This document shows positions 25,907-38,443 of a stretch of DNA of 64,000 nt, one piece after another. The stretch lies in NCBI RefSeq assembly GCF_018350175.1, contig NC_058368.1, positions 168,456,001 through 168,520,000 on the forward strand, in the 5' to 3' direction. This DNA is from Felis catus (Eukaryota). Positions within the stretch are counted from its first letter, which is position 1; each line of letters opens with the position of its first letter. Below the pieces are notes generated by a model that saw only the letters and a program-made list of their open reading frames with translations, made no database searches and was not told where the DNA came from. The translations under genes were made by a program, and so were the position numbers.

Positions 25907-28900
25907 ATGACTCAAAACCCCTATCTTTCTATAATAACACTGAATGTAAATGGATTAAATGCACCAACCAAAAGACATAGGGTATCAGAATGGATAAAAA
26001 ATAAGACCCATCTATTTGCTGTCTACAAGAGACTCATTTTAGACCTGAGGACACCTTTAGATTGAGAGTGAGGGGATGGAGAACTATTTATCATGCTACT
26101 GGAAGCCAAAAGAAAGCTGGAGTAGCCATACTTATATCAGACAAACTAGACTTTAAATTAGAGGCTGTAACAAGAGATGAAGAAGGGCATTATATAATAA
26201 TTACAGGGTCTATCCATCAGGAAGAGCTAACAATTATAAATGTCTATGCACCGAATACCAGAGCCCCCAAATATATAAAACAATTACTCATAAACACAAG
26301 GAACCTTATTGATAAGAATGTGGTAATTGCAGGGGACTTTAACACCCCCCTTACAGAAATGGATAGATCATCTAGACACATGGTCAATAAAGAAACAAGG
26401 GCCCTGAATGATACATTGGATCAGATGGACTTGACATATATTTAGAACTCTGCATCCCAAAGCAACAGAATATACTTTCTTCTCGAGTGCACATGGGACA
26501 TTCTCCAAGATAGATCATATACTGGGTCACAAAACAGCCCTTCATAAGTATACAAGAATTGAAATTATACCATGCATACTTTCAGACCACAATGCTATGA
26601 AGCTTGAAATCAACCACAGGAAAATGTCTGGAAACCTCCAAAAGCATGGAGGTTAAAGAACACCCTACTAACGAATGAGTGGGTCAGCCAGGCAATTAGA
26701 GAAGAAATTTAAAAATATATGGAAACAAACGAAAATGAAAATACAACAATCCAAACGCTTTGAGATGCAGCGAAGGCAGTCCTGAGAGGAAAATACATTG
26801 CAATCCAGGCCTATCTCAAGAAACAAGAAAAATCCCAAATACAAAATCTAACAGCACACCTAAAGGAAATAGAAGCAGAACAGCAAAGGCAGCCTAAACC
26901 CAGCAGAAGAAGAGAAATAATACAGATCAGAGCAGATAAACAATATAGAATCTAAAAAAACTGTCGAGCAGATCAACGAAACCAAGAGTTGGTTTTTTGA
27001 AAAAATAAACAAAATTGACAAACCTCTAGCCAGGCTTCTCAAAAAGAAAAGGGAGATGACCCAAATAGATAAAATCATGAATGAAAATGGGATTATTACA
27101 ACCAATCCCTCAGAGATACAAACAATTATCAGGGAATACTATGAAAAATTATATGCCAACAAACTGGACAACCTGGAAGAAATGGACAAATTCCTGAACA
27201 CCCACACTCTTCCAAAACTCAATCAGGAGGAAATAGAAACCTTGAACAGACCCATCACCAGCGAAGAAATTGAATCAGTTATCCAAAATCTCCCAACAAA
27301 TAAGAGTCCAGGACCAGATGGCTTCCCAGGGGAGTTCTACCAGACGTTTAAAGCAGAGATAATACCTATCCTTCTCAAGCTATTCCAAGAAATAGAAAGG
27401 GAAGGAAAACTTCCAGACTCATTCTGTGAAGCCAGTATTACTTTGATTCCTAAACTAGACAGAGACCCAGTCAAAAAAGAGAACTACAGGCCAATATCCC
27501 TGATGAATATGGATGCAAAAATTCTCAATAAGATACTAGCAAATCGAATTCAACGGCATATAAAAAGAATTATTCACCATGATCAAGTGGGATTCATTCC
27601 TAGGATGCAGGGCTGGTTCAACATTCGCGAATCAATCAACATGATACATCACATTAACAAAAAAAAAAGAGAAGAACCATATGATCCTGTCAATCGATGC
27701 AGAAAAAGCATTTGACAAAATCCAGCACCCTTTCTTAATAAAAACCCTTGAGAAAGTCAGGATAGAAGGAACATACTTAAAGATCATAAAAGCCATTTAT
27801 GAAAAGCCCACAGCTAACATCATCCTCAATGGGGAAAAACTGAGAGCTTTTTCCCTGAGATCAGGAACACGACAGGGATGCCCACTCTCACCGCTGTTGT
27901 TTAACATAGTGCTGGAAGTTCTAGCATCAGCAATCAGACAACAAAAGGAAATCAAAGGCATCAAAATTGGCAAAGATGAAGTCAAGCTTTCGCTTTTTGC
28001 AGATGACATGATATTATACATGGAAAATCCGATAGACTCCACCAAAAGTCTGCTAGAACTGATACAGGAATTCAGCAAAGTTGCAGGATACAAAATCAAT
28101 GTACAGAAATCAGTTGCATTCTTATACACTAACAATGAAGCAACAGAAAGACAAATAAAGAAACTGATCTCATTCACAATTGCACCAAGAAGCATAAAAT
28201 ACCTAGGAATAAATCTAACCAAAGATGTAAAAGATCTGTATGCTGAAAACTATAGAAAGCTTATGAAGGTAATTGAAGAAGATATAAAGAAATGGAAAGA
28301 CATTCCGTGCTTATGGATTGGAAGAATAAATATTGTCAAAATGTCAATACTACCTAAAGCTATCTACACATTCAATGCAATCCCAATCAAAATTGCACCA
28401 GCATTCTTCTCGAAACTAGAACAAGCAATCCTAAAATTCATATGGAACCACAAAAGGCCCCGAATAGCCAAAGTAATTTTGAAGAAGACCAAAGCAGGAG
28501 GCATCACAATCCCAGACTTTAGCCTCTACTACAAAGCTGTCATCATCAAGACAGCATGGTATTGGCACAAAAACAGACACATAGACCAATGGAATAGAAT
28601 AGAAACCCCAGAACTAGACCCACAAACGTATGGCCAACACATCTTTGACAAAGCAGGAAAGAACATCCAATGGAAAAAAGACAGTCTCTTTAACAAATGG
28701 TGCTGGGAGAACTTGACAGCAACATGCAGAAGGTTGAAACTAGACCCCTTTCTCACACCATTCACAAAAATAAACTCAAAATGGATAAAGGACCTGAATG
28801 TGAGACAGGAAACCATCAAAACCTTAGAGGAGAAAGCAGGAAAAGACCTCTCTGACCTCAGCCGTAGCAATCTCTTAATCGATACATCCCCAAAGGCAAG

Positions 28901-29723
28901 GGAATTAAAAGCAAAAGTGAATTACTGGGACCTTATGAAGATAAAAAGCTTCTGCACAGCAAAGGAAACAACCAACAAAACTAAAAGGCAACCAACGGAA
29001 TGGGAAAAGATATTCGCAAATGACATATCGGACAAAGGGCTAGTATCCAAAATCTATAAAGAGCTCACCAAACTCCACACCCAAAAAACAAATAACCTAG
29101 TGAAGAAATGGGCAGAAAACATGAAAAGACACTTCTCTAAAGAAGACATCCAGATGGCCAATAGGCACATGAAAAGGTGTTCAATGTCGCTTCTTATCAG
29201 GGAAATACAAATCAAAACCACACACAGATTTCACCTGACGCCAGTCAGAGTGGCCAAAATGAACAAATCAGGAGACTATAGATGCTGGAGAGGATGTGGA
29301 GACACGGGAACCCTCTTGCACTGTTGGTGGGAATGCAAATTTGTGCAGCCGCTCTGGAAAGCAGTGTGGAGGTTCCTCAAAAAATTAAAAATAGAGCTAC
29401 CCTATGACCCAGCAATAGCACTGCTAGGAATTTATCCAAGGGATACAGGAGTACTGATACATAGGGGCACTTGTACCCCAATGTTTATAACAGCACTCTC
29501 AACAATAGCCAAATTATGGAAAGAGCCTAAGTGTGCATTAACTGATGAATGGATAAAGAAATTGTGGTTTATACACACAATGGAATACTACGTGGCAATG
29601 AGAAAGAATGAAATATGGCCCTTTGTAGCAACGTGGATGGAACTGGAGAGTGTGATGCTAAGTGAAATAAGCCATACGATGAAAGACAGATACCATATGG
29701 TTTCATTCTTATGTGGATCCTAA
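25907..29723 (+). pseudogene. L1 ORF2p (endonuclease/reverse transcriptase), disrupted in the 5' half, 3' 680 codons open
   Basis: [45 protein letters not shown] and HCWWEC motifs. Frameshifts near 26000, 26440, 26635, 26940 and 27670, plus premature stops near 26710 and 26761. Confidence 0.96.
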
Positions 29724-29975
29724 GAAACTTAACAGGAACCCATGGGGAAGGGAAGGAAAAAAAAAGAGGTTAGAGTGGGAGAGAGCCAAAACATAAGAGA
29801 CTGTTAAAAACCGACAACAAACTGAGGGTTGATGGGGGGTGGGAGTGAGGGGAGGGTGGGTGATGGGTATTGAGGAGGGCACCTTTTGGGATGAGCACTG
29901 GGTGTTGTATGGAAAACAATTTGACAATAAATTGCATATATTAAAAAAAATAAAAATAAAAAATACTAGAAACTG

Positions 29976-31290
29976 AAAACCTATTAGAAAATGAAAATAT
30001 AGCAAAAGTTAATACCTCAATAGAAGGATTGACAGATAAAGTTAAGGAACTATTCCAGAAAGTAGAGCAGAGGAACAAAAAGATGGAAACTAAGACAGGA
30101 GAAAATGAAAAACACATTAAGTTTAATATTCAAATAATTGGAATTCCAGAAAGAGGAAAGAAAGAAAAATACAAAGGAAGAAATCATCAATGAAGTAATT
30201 GAGGAAGAAATTCCTAGAATTACACAACTTAATTTCTAGATTGAAAGGGTGCCCCAAGTATATAGCACAATGGATAAAAAAAGAACTATACTGAGATTCA
30301 TCACTGTGGAATTTCAGAACACAGGGCACAAAAAGAAACAAATAGAAAGGGAAAAAATTGATCAAATACTAAAGAAGCTAGAATCAGAATGCTTCGGACT
30401 TCTCAACAGCAACATTGAAAGCTAGAAGCTGATAGAATAGGGGGCCTCAAACAATCTGCAAGAAACCAGTCCCAATTTAGATTTATGTTCCCAGCCAACA
30501 ATGTGTTACGTCAATATAAAGCAACTTCAAACATGCAGCTTCCTCAAAACATCACCTACCATTTATGTATTTTCAAGACTCTTGGAGATTAAGTCAAGAA
30601 AGAGAAAAACCCAGGACAAAGAGACCAGGAGAGTCAACCAATGGGGGGAATCCCAGGATGAGAGTTGTCCATCAGACCTGGCGTGCTACCATTCCAGCCT
30701 GGAAGAAGTCAGAGGCTCTGTAAGGCCCTTTATTAGGAAGAGACAATGGAGGTAATGCTAATGAATCTGACAGTCTTGAGAGGAGCTTTTGACAACTGAT
30801 GAGAAGTCAGGGGATGAATTAGTGAAAAGTAAATAAAAAATCAAGAAAACAAAGACAATTGTTAATTCCAGAGAAAACAAAAAGTTGTACAGGAAAGAAT
30901 AAATAATCAGACTTTACCATTTATTTCTCCTAGACCTAACTTGTACATAATCATAATAAAATAAACTGATATTAATCTAATTAAAATTATGATATAATCA
31001 TATCCGAAGCATAAGATAAAGGAAAGGTAACACATGTATGGTAGGAACACGGGAGGAAAAGGAGTAAAACTTTCATCTTCCATAATGGGAAGACATTACA
31101 TAATGTCTAAAATAAAAATCAATGGTAGAAATTCAAGTACATTATTTCAAGTCATGTAGATAAATACCAAAATATTTAGCTGAGATCAAATCTGTTGTCT
31201 CTTGGAGAAGTAAATGCTGGGGTGGGGATGGAAGAGTATTCTCTTTCATTACAAACTTTGTAGAGCTGTTTGATTCTAAAATATATGCAT
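29976..31290 (+). mobile_element. HAL1-like (half-L1) ancient element: degenerate ORF1 followed by a non-ORF2 tail
   Basis: Degenerate ORF1 motifs ('aatattcaaataattggaattccagaa' = NIQIIGIPE; 'gacttctcaacagcaacattgaaagctagaag' = DFSTATLKAR). These are followed by 'ggggaatcccaggatgagagttgtccatcagacctgg', resembling the recalled HAL1 consensus, rather than by ORF2. Confidence 0.65.
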
Positions 31291-31429
31291 TTAAAATTAG
31301 GTTTTATTAGTTAAAAATAGAGAAAGAGAAAAAGAGCTGGAAAAGAATAGAGTCCATAAAAATAAAACCAGTAATTAATGCACAGATGTATAAAGGGAAG
31401 ATATGGACTGTTTTTGAAGTCTGTGGAAA

Positions 31430-32145
31430 AAATATGAAAAATAACCCTTTTCAAAATGCAGTTTGAAAAGAGTATAAGACATTTATTTAATAAATCCAAA
31501 GTGGCAATGATGTGACACACATCCAAGCATAAAAGGACCTAAATAGTGTTAAAGAAATATACGAACTGGTCACTTCCATGGAGAACTAGGACATATTGCT
31601 GAAAATGAAGACAGGAATGTCGTAGGTGGAAAAATGAATATAAAACAAAACAGACGTGTAATCAGTTTTTAAGAAACAAGTGTGATTCGAGTCACTATCA
31701 TCTGGTTGTTCTTATGTCAACAGATTAAAAAGTTATGGTGCAGCTATTTAAAGAGAAAAACTGCAAACAAGTAGAGCACAGCTGAGCTATGTCTAACATA
31801 AAGCTTAGATCTGTGGGGAGGGCACATCCTACCAAAAAAAATTCCCAAGGAGGAAAAGAGAGAATGCTGCATAATTGATGGATGTAGGTGTCAACTGATC
31901 ATTGTATGTTAGCCCTCCAAATTTCATTGGCAAAATTAATTTAAAACAGACTTGAATAAGAATCTAGTTCTATTAACAATGCTTGGGTGATTATAAACAA
32001 TGGGCAAATGATTAATGATAGCATAATTAACTCTAGGGCGATGTGTAGTCGGGTGTTGCAAGGGTCTTTGTTGGGTCTGGTCTAGTTTAATGCCTTTAAT
32101 GATCTGGAAAAGGGAGTGAATAGAATTTATAGATGCTACTCAATT
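31430..32145 (+). mobile_element. ancient CR1/L3-clade LINE, RT-region fossil
   Basis: 31684-31719 translates DSSHYHLVVLMS (cf. DPGNYRPVSLTS). From 32047, SRVLQGSLLGLV*FNAFNDLEKGV (cf. [21 protein letters not shown]), followed by EFIDAT (cf. KFADDT). Confidence 0.7.
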
Positions 32146-32149
32146 TTCC

Positions 32150-32850
32150 ACTGAGTTCATGGCCCTAAATAGAATGTTTTCCTGGCATGGTATGGATGGC
32201 ACTCAATCTGGCAGAGAGAAGGATGGATTACAATCTCTAGTCCTTCACCCTTGAATGCTTGCCTTGTATATTAGAATTAATACTCTTTTCACCTGGTCCA
32301 TTTTGCAAGACTTAGCTTTCTCTGAAACATTTATCCCTCCAATTCCCTTTACTATACTTTCTGCTGAGAGAACATGTAAAACAGCTCTCCTCTGTCCTGT
32401 ATGTCAGTTACTATTACTCTCTCAGGGCTTGAATTTATGCTCTGGTCTCTCGTATGCATTTAGCGTACAATTCTACTGGAAATTTAGTTCAAATCTGACT
32501 GTCTTGTTCTGTGAGTTGGACAAGCAACTTGTGTATATATTTGTATACATTTATAAGTTGTATGTGTCGTTTGATCTAAATAGTTTTATGTCCCTTTCAA
32601 AATCTGCTTCTTTAAAATCTTTCCCTTTAATTATGGGCTGCACTATGCCATATTATCTGTTGATAAGACATTCTGCACTCTGTAGTCCAATTAGGAAATA
32701 TCATTATTGTCTCTGAGGTTGTGCCATCCACTTCCATCTTAGTTCCCTAAAAGAGGTTATCAACTTGATTCCACTTCCTTTGTGCTTTTGATGGCTTATT
32801 GAATAGGCTTATTTCATCAAAATGTTCCAGTTATTTGAAGGTTATGACAG
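32150..32850 (-). mobile_element. probable CR1/L3 fossil, EN-RT linker region, opposite orientation
   Basis: Minus strand at about 32593-32619 gives DFKEADFER (cf. CR1 LDFRKADF). Weaker similarity continues toward 32230. Boundaries uncertain. Confidence 0.45.
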
Positions 32851-34546
32851 TGCTCCTGTTATCCACGCATTGGGTATTCAGGTGGAGAGGAAATCTAATA
32901 CTGCAGGGCCTTCATTTTAGGGAGAAATTTTAACCAAAGTCAACTTTTTCCCACAATGGGTGAACACAGAAGCAAAAGTGGTATATGATTTTCATAACTG
33001 CCTTCTCTCTGTTCTCTTTATTTAGGGAGCAAAAGAGGGAAGAACAAAACTTAGGAGAGTGAAGGGGGTGGGTATAACAACTTGAGAGTTGATGAAATCA
33101 TCTGCTTGTACACAGTTGGCCCTAATTGCAAGAAATCTTGATGTAAAGTTAAAAGAATCAAAATAGAAATGAGAGCAAAACAATGGATTGAGCACGTGCA
33201 TTTACCTCTCTCTTCCTAGCTCAAATTCCTTTTAGCAATAGAAAATATATTTTACTGTGAATAAATCTTCAGCAGCACAAGAAAGCAAATCTACAAATCG
33301 TGCTATCAACATATATATAAAAAAAGATGGGAAATTCCCAGAATATAGAAAGCAGATAGGACAAAAATGGAGGAAAAAAAGAGCCTCAAACATATACACA
33401 CACACACATACCCACACAAAACCACCACCGCCACCAACAGCAACAACAATAACAACAACACAACAACTTTAAAGGTAATGATACATCCAGAGAAACTTCA
33501 ACCACAGACTGGATAACAGACTAAGCTAAGTTTTTCAGTGCATCCACCTATTGTGAAATCTAAGGGGAAAAAATGGATACCTCCAGGAAGAGAAGGTACA
33601 GGAACATTGGTTTGCCGGGGGCAGGACACAGGGAAGATGGGGTGACTCTACAAGTGAGTTTAACGTTTCAGATCAAAGCTTTAATGAATTGCTGGATGTT
33701 GAGGGTGAGCAAGCTTAACAACACGTGGCCTCTGGGAGCTTCAAACACAAGGGCTGTCCTAACACTTCCAGTCCATCTCACAGATGCCACGAGTGCTTGC
33801 AGAGACCAGGGGCAAGGTAGAGACGGTAGAAAGCCTCCCTCCTGGGGCAGGCAGGGAGGAAGAGAGCAACTGCCCCTGAAGAGACTTGACAACTAATTGT
33901 TAGGAGTCTGGCTCTTCGAAAACACAAAAACAACAACAACAACAAAACTGTACAACATTACTGAGACAATTGGGAAAGTATGAACACTTAATTTACATAA
34001 GACACTTTTTAAAATATGAGAATAGAATGTGGTTATGTAGTGCTGATGTGGTCATGTCCTTGTTCTTAGGAGATCCACAGTGAAGAATTTAGAAGTGAAA
34101 TGTAGTCACGTCTACAATTTACTCATAACTGGTTCAGTTAAAATGGTACAATTTACTCTTAACTGGTTCAATTAAAGTGGATATGTATGTGGGTGGACAG
34201 AAAGAGAGAGGGAGGGAGGGAGAAAGCAAATGTAAAATTTTGACAGCTGGTGAATATAGGTGTACATTATATGTGTGCTTATGGTATTAACAATTTTTCA
34301 ACTTTTCTGCGGGTTGTAAGAGAGTAAGGACCCGTTAACATTTAAGTTCAGATGTTACTTGATTTTTAAAACTTCTTATTGAAGTATAACAGCTCTAACA
34401 GATGTATAACATTTATTACAGAGAAGTAAACAAATTGTAAGTGCGCAGTTGCATGCGGTTTTACAAACTGAGCATACCTGTATACTAGCACCCAGATAAA
34501 GAAACTGTGTCATTAGGACCCCAGAAACCCATATAAAGCAAAGGTG

Positions 34547-34748
34547 AGGCACCTAGGTGGCTCAGTTGAGCAGCTGACTCTTGATTTCAGCTCAGGTCAT
34601 GATCCCAGGGTCGTGGGACTGAGCCCCACATCGGGCTCTGTGATGAACGTGGAACCTGCTTAAGATTCTCTCTCTCTGTCTCTCTCTCTCTCTCTCTGCC
34701 CTTCTCCTCCACTCGCTCTCTCTCAAAAAAAAAAAAAAAAAAAAAAAA
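34547..34748 (+). mobile_element. Can-SINE
   Basis: aggcacctaggtggctcagttgagc head, CT tract, long A tail. Confidence 0.92.
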
Positions 34749-35034
34749 GGAAACCTGTACCTTTCATGTTTGAATCTGCAGCCCTCTTAGAATTTTCTTT
34801 TTGTATATAGTGGGGGAGGGGTTACATATTCTTTTTTTTCTTCCATATTGATATCCATTTTACCCAGCACCAGTTATTGAAAAGAGAATCCTTTCCTCCA
34901 TCTCACTGCAGTGTCACCTTTGTGATGAATGGGCCCTGAAGATCTACCGTAGAGCATGATGACCATAGTTAACAATAGTGTATTGTACGTGCGAAATGTG
35001 CCTAAGTGTTCTCACCATTAATAAAAAGACAAGG

Positions 35035-35208
35035 CCCAGGTCACGAACTCGCGGTCCGTGAGTTCGAGCCCCACGTCAGGCTCTGGACTGATGGCTCGGA
35101 GCCTGGAGCCTGTTTCCGATTCTGTGTCTCCCTCTCTCTCTGCCCCTCCCCCGTTCATGCTCTCTCTCTGTCCCAAAAATAAATAAACGAAAAAAATAAA
35201 TAAATAAA
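35035..35208 (+). mobile_element. young 5'-truncated Can-SINE (SINEC_Fc-like)
   Basis: Begins at cccaggtcacgaactcgcgg (no A-box head), many CpGs retained. Perfect TSD aataaaaagacaagg at 35020-35034 and 35209-35223. Confidence 0.93.
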
Positions 35209-37049
35209 AATAAAAAGACAAGGAAAATTATGATAACTATGTGAAGTGATGGATATGTTACTTACTTTGATTGTGGTGAAAATTTCACAATGTATACATA
35301 TGTTAAAACATCAAGGAGTACACTTTCGATATATATCATTTTTATTTGTCAATTATACTTCAATATATCCTTTAAAATATATATAAGTATCCTAGACAAT
35401 AGATATTATTCAAATAAAACCCACTGATTCATACTATTCTAACAATTAACTATCCACTCTGAGTCCAGTTTTCTTACATCCCAGGGTAGTCAAGGCAAAC
35501 GATGATGAGTGAGAAAATAGAAAGAAATCAGAGCTCAGAGTTCACATGAAACTTGCTAAAATCAGACATGTTTGCAATTCCAATTGATAGGTTACACTTC
35601 CCTTCATTTTGCTCCTTTACACTCCTGTTGAAAGGAAACAAAAGTGGAGCCATGTCCCAGCATTATCACTCCTTATACAGGTCATGGCCGCTGTCAGCTT
35701 CTTCTCTAAGGAGCAGGCCCTCACTCCCCAGCTGTTCTGTGTCATCACGGCCTGCATATCTTCACTGTCTTTCCTCCTAATTTTCACATTCCACTTGCTG
35801 CTCCTGGGTTTGCTCTGTATCATTTCCATGTTGTCTCTGAATGACATGTGAGTCTTGTAGTTACTCTCTTTTCATGAGAGTGTTACAGTATCAAACACTA
35901 ACTAAATGCCATGATATCTTTGTGAAACTGATGGTAATACTGTCAAACCTATGGAAAATTTCTTTAGACAAGGGAATAGAGAATGTATCTTTGTCAACAG
36001 GCTTCTCTGTTCATTAGATTGAGAATTTCATGCCAGCCACATTTAAAGTCTTGTATGATATTAATACTAATCAGCGTTTATTAAAATTCAGATATGTTCA
36101 CAACTGTTGTAGCAGCTGAGTGCCTGTAAGTTAAATTGATTTCAGTCCTTAGATACCCATTAACAGCACTGCTTCCCATTTTGGTAATGGAGTACAGTTG
36201 TTAGGGGGTGTTTATGAAATGACGTCTATTTGATTTATAAGTAACCTTGACTAGGAAATCTCTGTGTGTTAGAATGTAAATGATCACCTCCCCCACTTTG
36301 ATTGCCACTCTGCAGCTGTGCATTCCCATTTCCAAATCGTAAGAGACCAAAAAAGATCTGCAAACACAACAAATACTAAGTTAGAAGAATCTTTCACCCT
36401 CAAAGCAGATATAATAGGGGTGATAGCGTTCAGAGTTGCTTTTAACCAGCCCAACTGCGAGCCCTCTAAAGGAGACTGTGTGGTAATGTAGTGAAGAGAC
36501 CTCAGGAGGTTTTCTGTATTCAAAAGAAGAAATTTTTGAATTCTGGCTCAATATGCTGGCAACCTGTTCTCAGGCACATTTTAATCCTCAAGAACTTTAG
36601 AGTGTGACTTGCATTGTATTGATTTGAAACATTCTATCAAAGCATGCTCCAGAGCTTTGGAGGGCAGAAAATAACACTCTCTCGACTTCTGCCCCAAATG
36701 GGACTTAAAGTTGGCTCAGAGACTTGCTGGAATCAACCTGATTGCAGAGCTCAAGGTCTTGGCACCTCTCTGATGCTCTGAAGAAGTGTACGTAGAGGGA
36801 ATAGAAGGATGGACATACCGTTCCTCTGCTTCAAGAATATTCCTTTCACGGTACATGTATCTGAAGAACTTTTTTTCATCTTGACAGAGTATGAGTGCAT
36901 TGGCCAAGGAAAGATAAGAGCTACTCTTCTCTAGGGAGGGGTGCAGAGTCAGGCAAACACTTTGAGAGGGTTCCCATTCCAACCTGAGTCCACCTCCAGG
37001 TGGTAACAATCTACTTTCCAAGTTTTAACTTAAGAATTGCATCAGTTTT

Positions 37050-37226
37050 GGGGTGCCTGGGTGGCTCGGTTAAGCATACAACTTCAACTGAGATCATGAT
37101 CTCGGGGTTCCTGAGTTTGAGCCCCACGTTGGGCTCTGCTCTGACAGCCTGTTTTGATTCTCTGTACCCCTCTCTCTCTGCCCCTCCCCTGCTTGTACTC
37201 TCTCTCAAAAAAAAAAATTAAAAAAA
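37050..37226 (+). mobile_element. Can-SINE (first of a tandem pair)
   Basis: ggggtgcctgggtggctcgg head. TSD aagaattgcatcagtttt (37032-37049) / aagaattgcgtcagtttt (37458-37475). Confidence 0.92.
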
Positions 37227-37235
37227 AAGAATTGT

Positions 37236-37457
37236 GGGTGTGCCTGGGTCACTCAGTCAGTTAAGTGACTTCGGCGCAGGTCATGATCTCACATGAGTTC
37301 ATGAGTTTGAGCCCCGCGTGGGACTCTGTGCTGACAGCTCAGAGCCTGGAGCCTGTTTCAGATTCCATGTCTCCCTCTTTCTCTCCCCCTCCCTTGCTTG
37401 TGCTTGTCTCTCTCTCAAAAATAAACATTAAAATAAGCTAGGTTTCTATAAAAAAAT
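37236..37457 (+). mobile_element. Can-SINE (second of the pair, inserted in the tail/TSD of the first)
   Basis: gggtgtgcctgggtcactcag head, preceded by aagaattg, which recurs at 37458. Confidence 0.9.
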
Positions 37458-38234
37458 AAGAATTGCGTCAGTTTTATTTTGAGCATAACAGCGGGCTCCA
37501 CAATGTTTTGTATTTCAATGTTTTATTATTCAATATTGAATCACAATGTCCCTTACATAGGTGTTGCAAAACAAGTTTATAATAGTGCTTACTTAACTTC
37601 TAGGGGGACTCTTTATGTACTAGATTATTCTTTGTGTAACACTAAAATGGAATATTTGTATAAGACAGATTTCCATGGGCTCCATGGCTAGAGAATTATC
37701 TCCATGCTGATGTTCTGAGTGTCTCAATTTTACTTTACAGGTAATAATGCACTGTTTCCATAGACTATAAATCTTTTTTCAGGGAACTTTGTGAGAAGGA
37801 GGCACATGAATGATTGTACAACTCAGTAGGAAATGTAAAACCATGCAAGTCACATTTGGAATAATGTAGATGATAGAAAACATGGCAAGAAAAGGGAGGT
37901 AAGAAAATATGTAACATTGAAGCACAATGACCTGTGTGCATCAGGAAGATTATCCTCACAGAAAGGAAAAGGACAAATGTATTCTCCAGGGGAAAGAATG
38001 GAGCTGTTGTTGAGATTGGAAACCTTGCTGACCTAAGGTAATATGATAACAATAACAACAATAAAACCCACATGTATTTTATGGATCATTTTTGTGAGTC
38101 TCCATTTTAGGTACTTGTCCTATCTACCACATATTACCCATCTTACGTGCCGTATACTTTAAAAATTGAGCCATCCCAAAGTGAAAAGTTTTACGTATTC
38201 TTCAACGCTGTTCATGGTGATCATCCTCACTCTT

Positions 38235-38443
38235 TTTTTTTTAAGTTTATTTATTTTGAGAGAGACAGAGACAGTGTGAGTGGCAGAGGGCTGAGAGAGA
38301 GGGAGAGAGATAGAATCCCAAGTAGGCTCCATGCTACCAGTGCAGAGCCTGATGCAAGGCTTGAACTCATGAAACTGTGAAACCATGACCTAAGCCAAAA
38401 CCAAGAGTTGGATGCTGAACCCACTGAGCCACCCAGGTGTCCC
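38235..38443 (-). mobile_element. Can-SINE
   Basis: TSD gtgatcatcctcactctt (38217-38234) / gtgattgtcctcactctt (38444-38461). Confidence 0.92.

Larger units (their letters stand above)
24039..29956 (+). mobile_element. full-length LINE-1 (felid-type), inactivated
   Basis: About 930-nt 5'UTR, ORF1, 50-nt spacer, ORF2 (EN, RT with FADD, Cys-rich C-terminus), G-rich 3'UTR and A tail. TSD taaaaaatactaga at 24025-24038 and 29957-29970. Confidence 0.98.
33950..35375. mobile_element. mosaic of old L1M fragments on both strands
   Basis: Plus-strand L1ME-like 3' motifs (33950-34315); minus-strand 3' end (34365-34530); minus-strand ORF2 piece 'cagcaccagttattgaaaaga' (34760-34930); plus-strand L1MA/B 3' end (34935-35375). 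Confidence 0.65.

Noticed and set aside
32255..32716. 153-aa hydrophobic ORF
   Set aside because: No recognisable domain; antisense to a probable LINE fossil.
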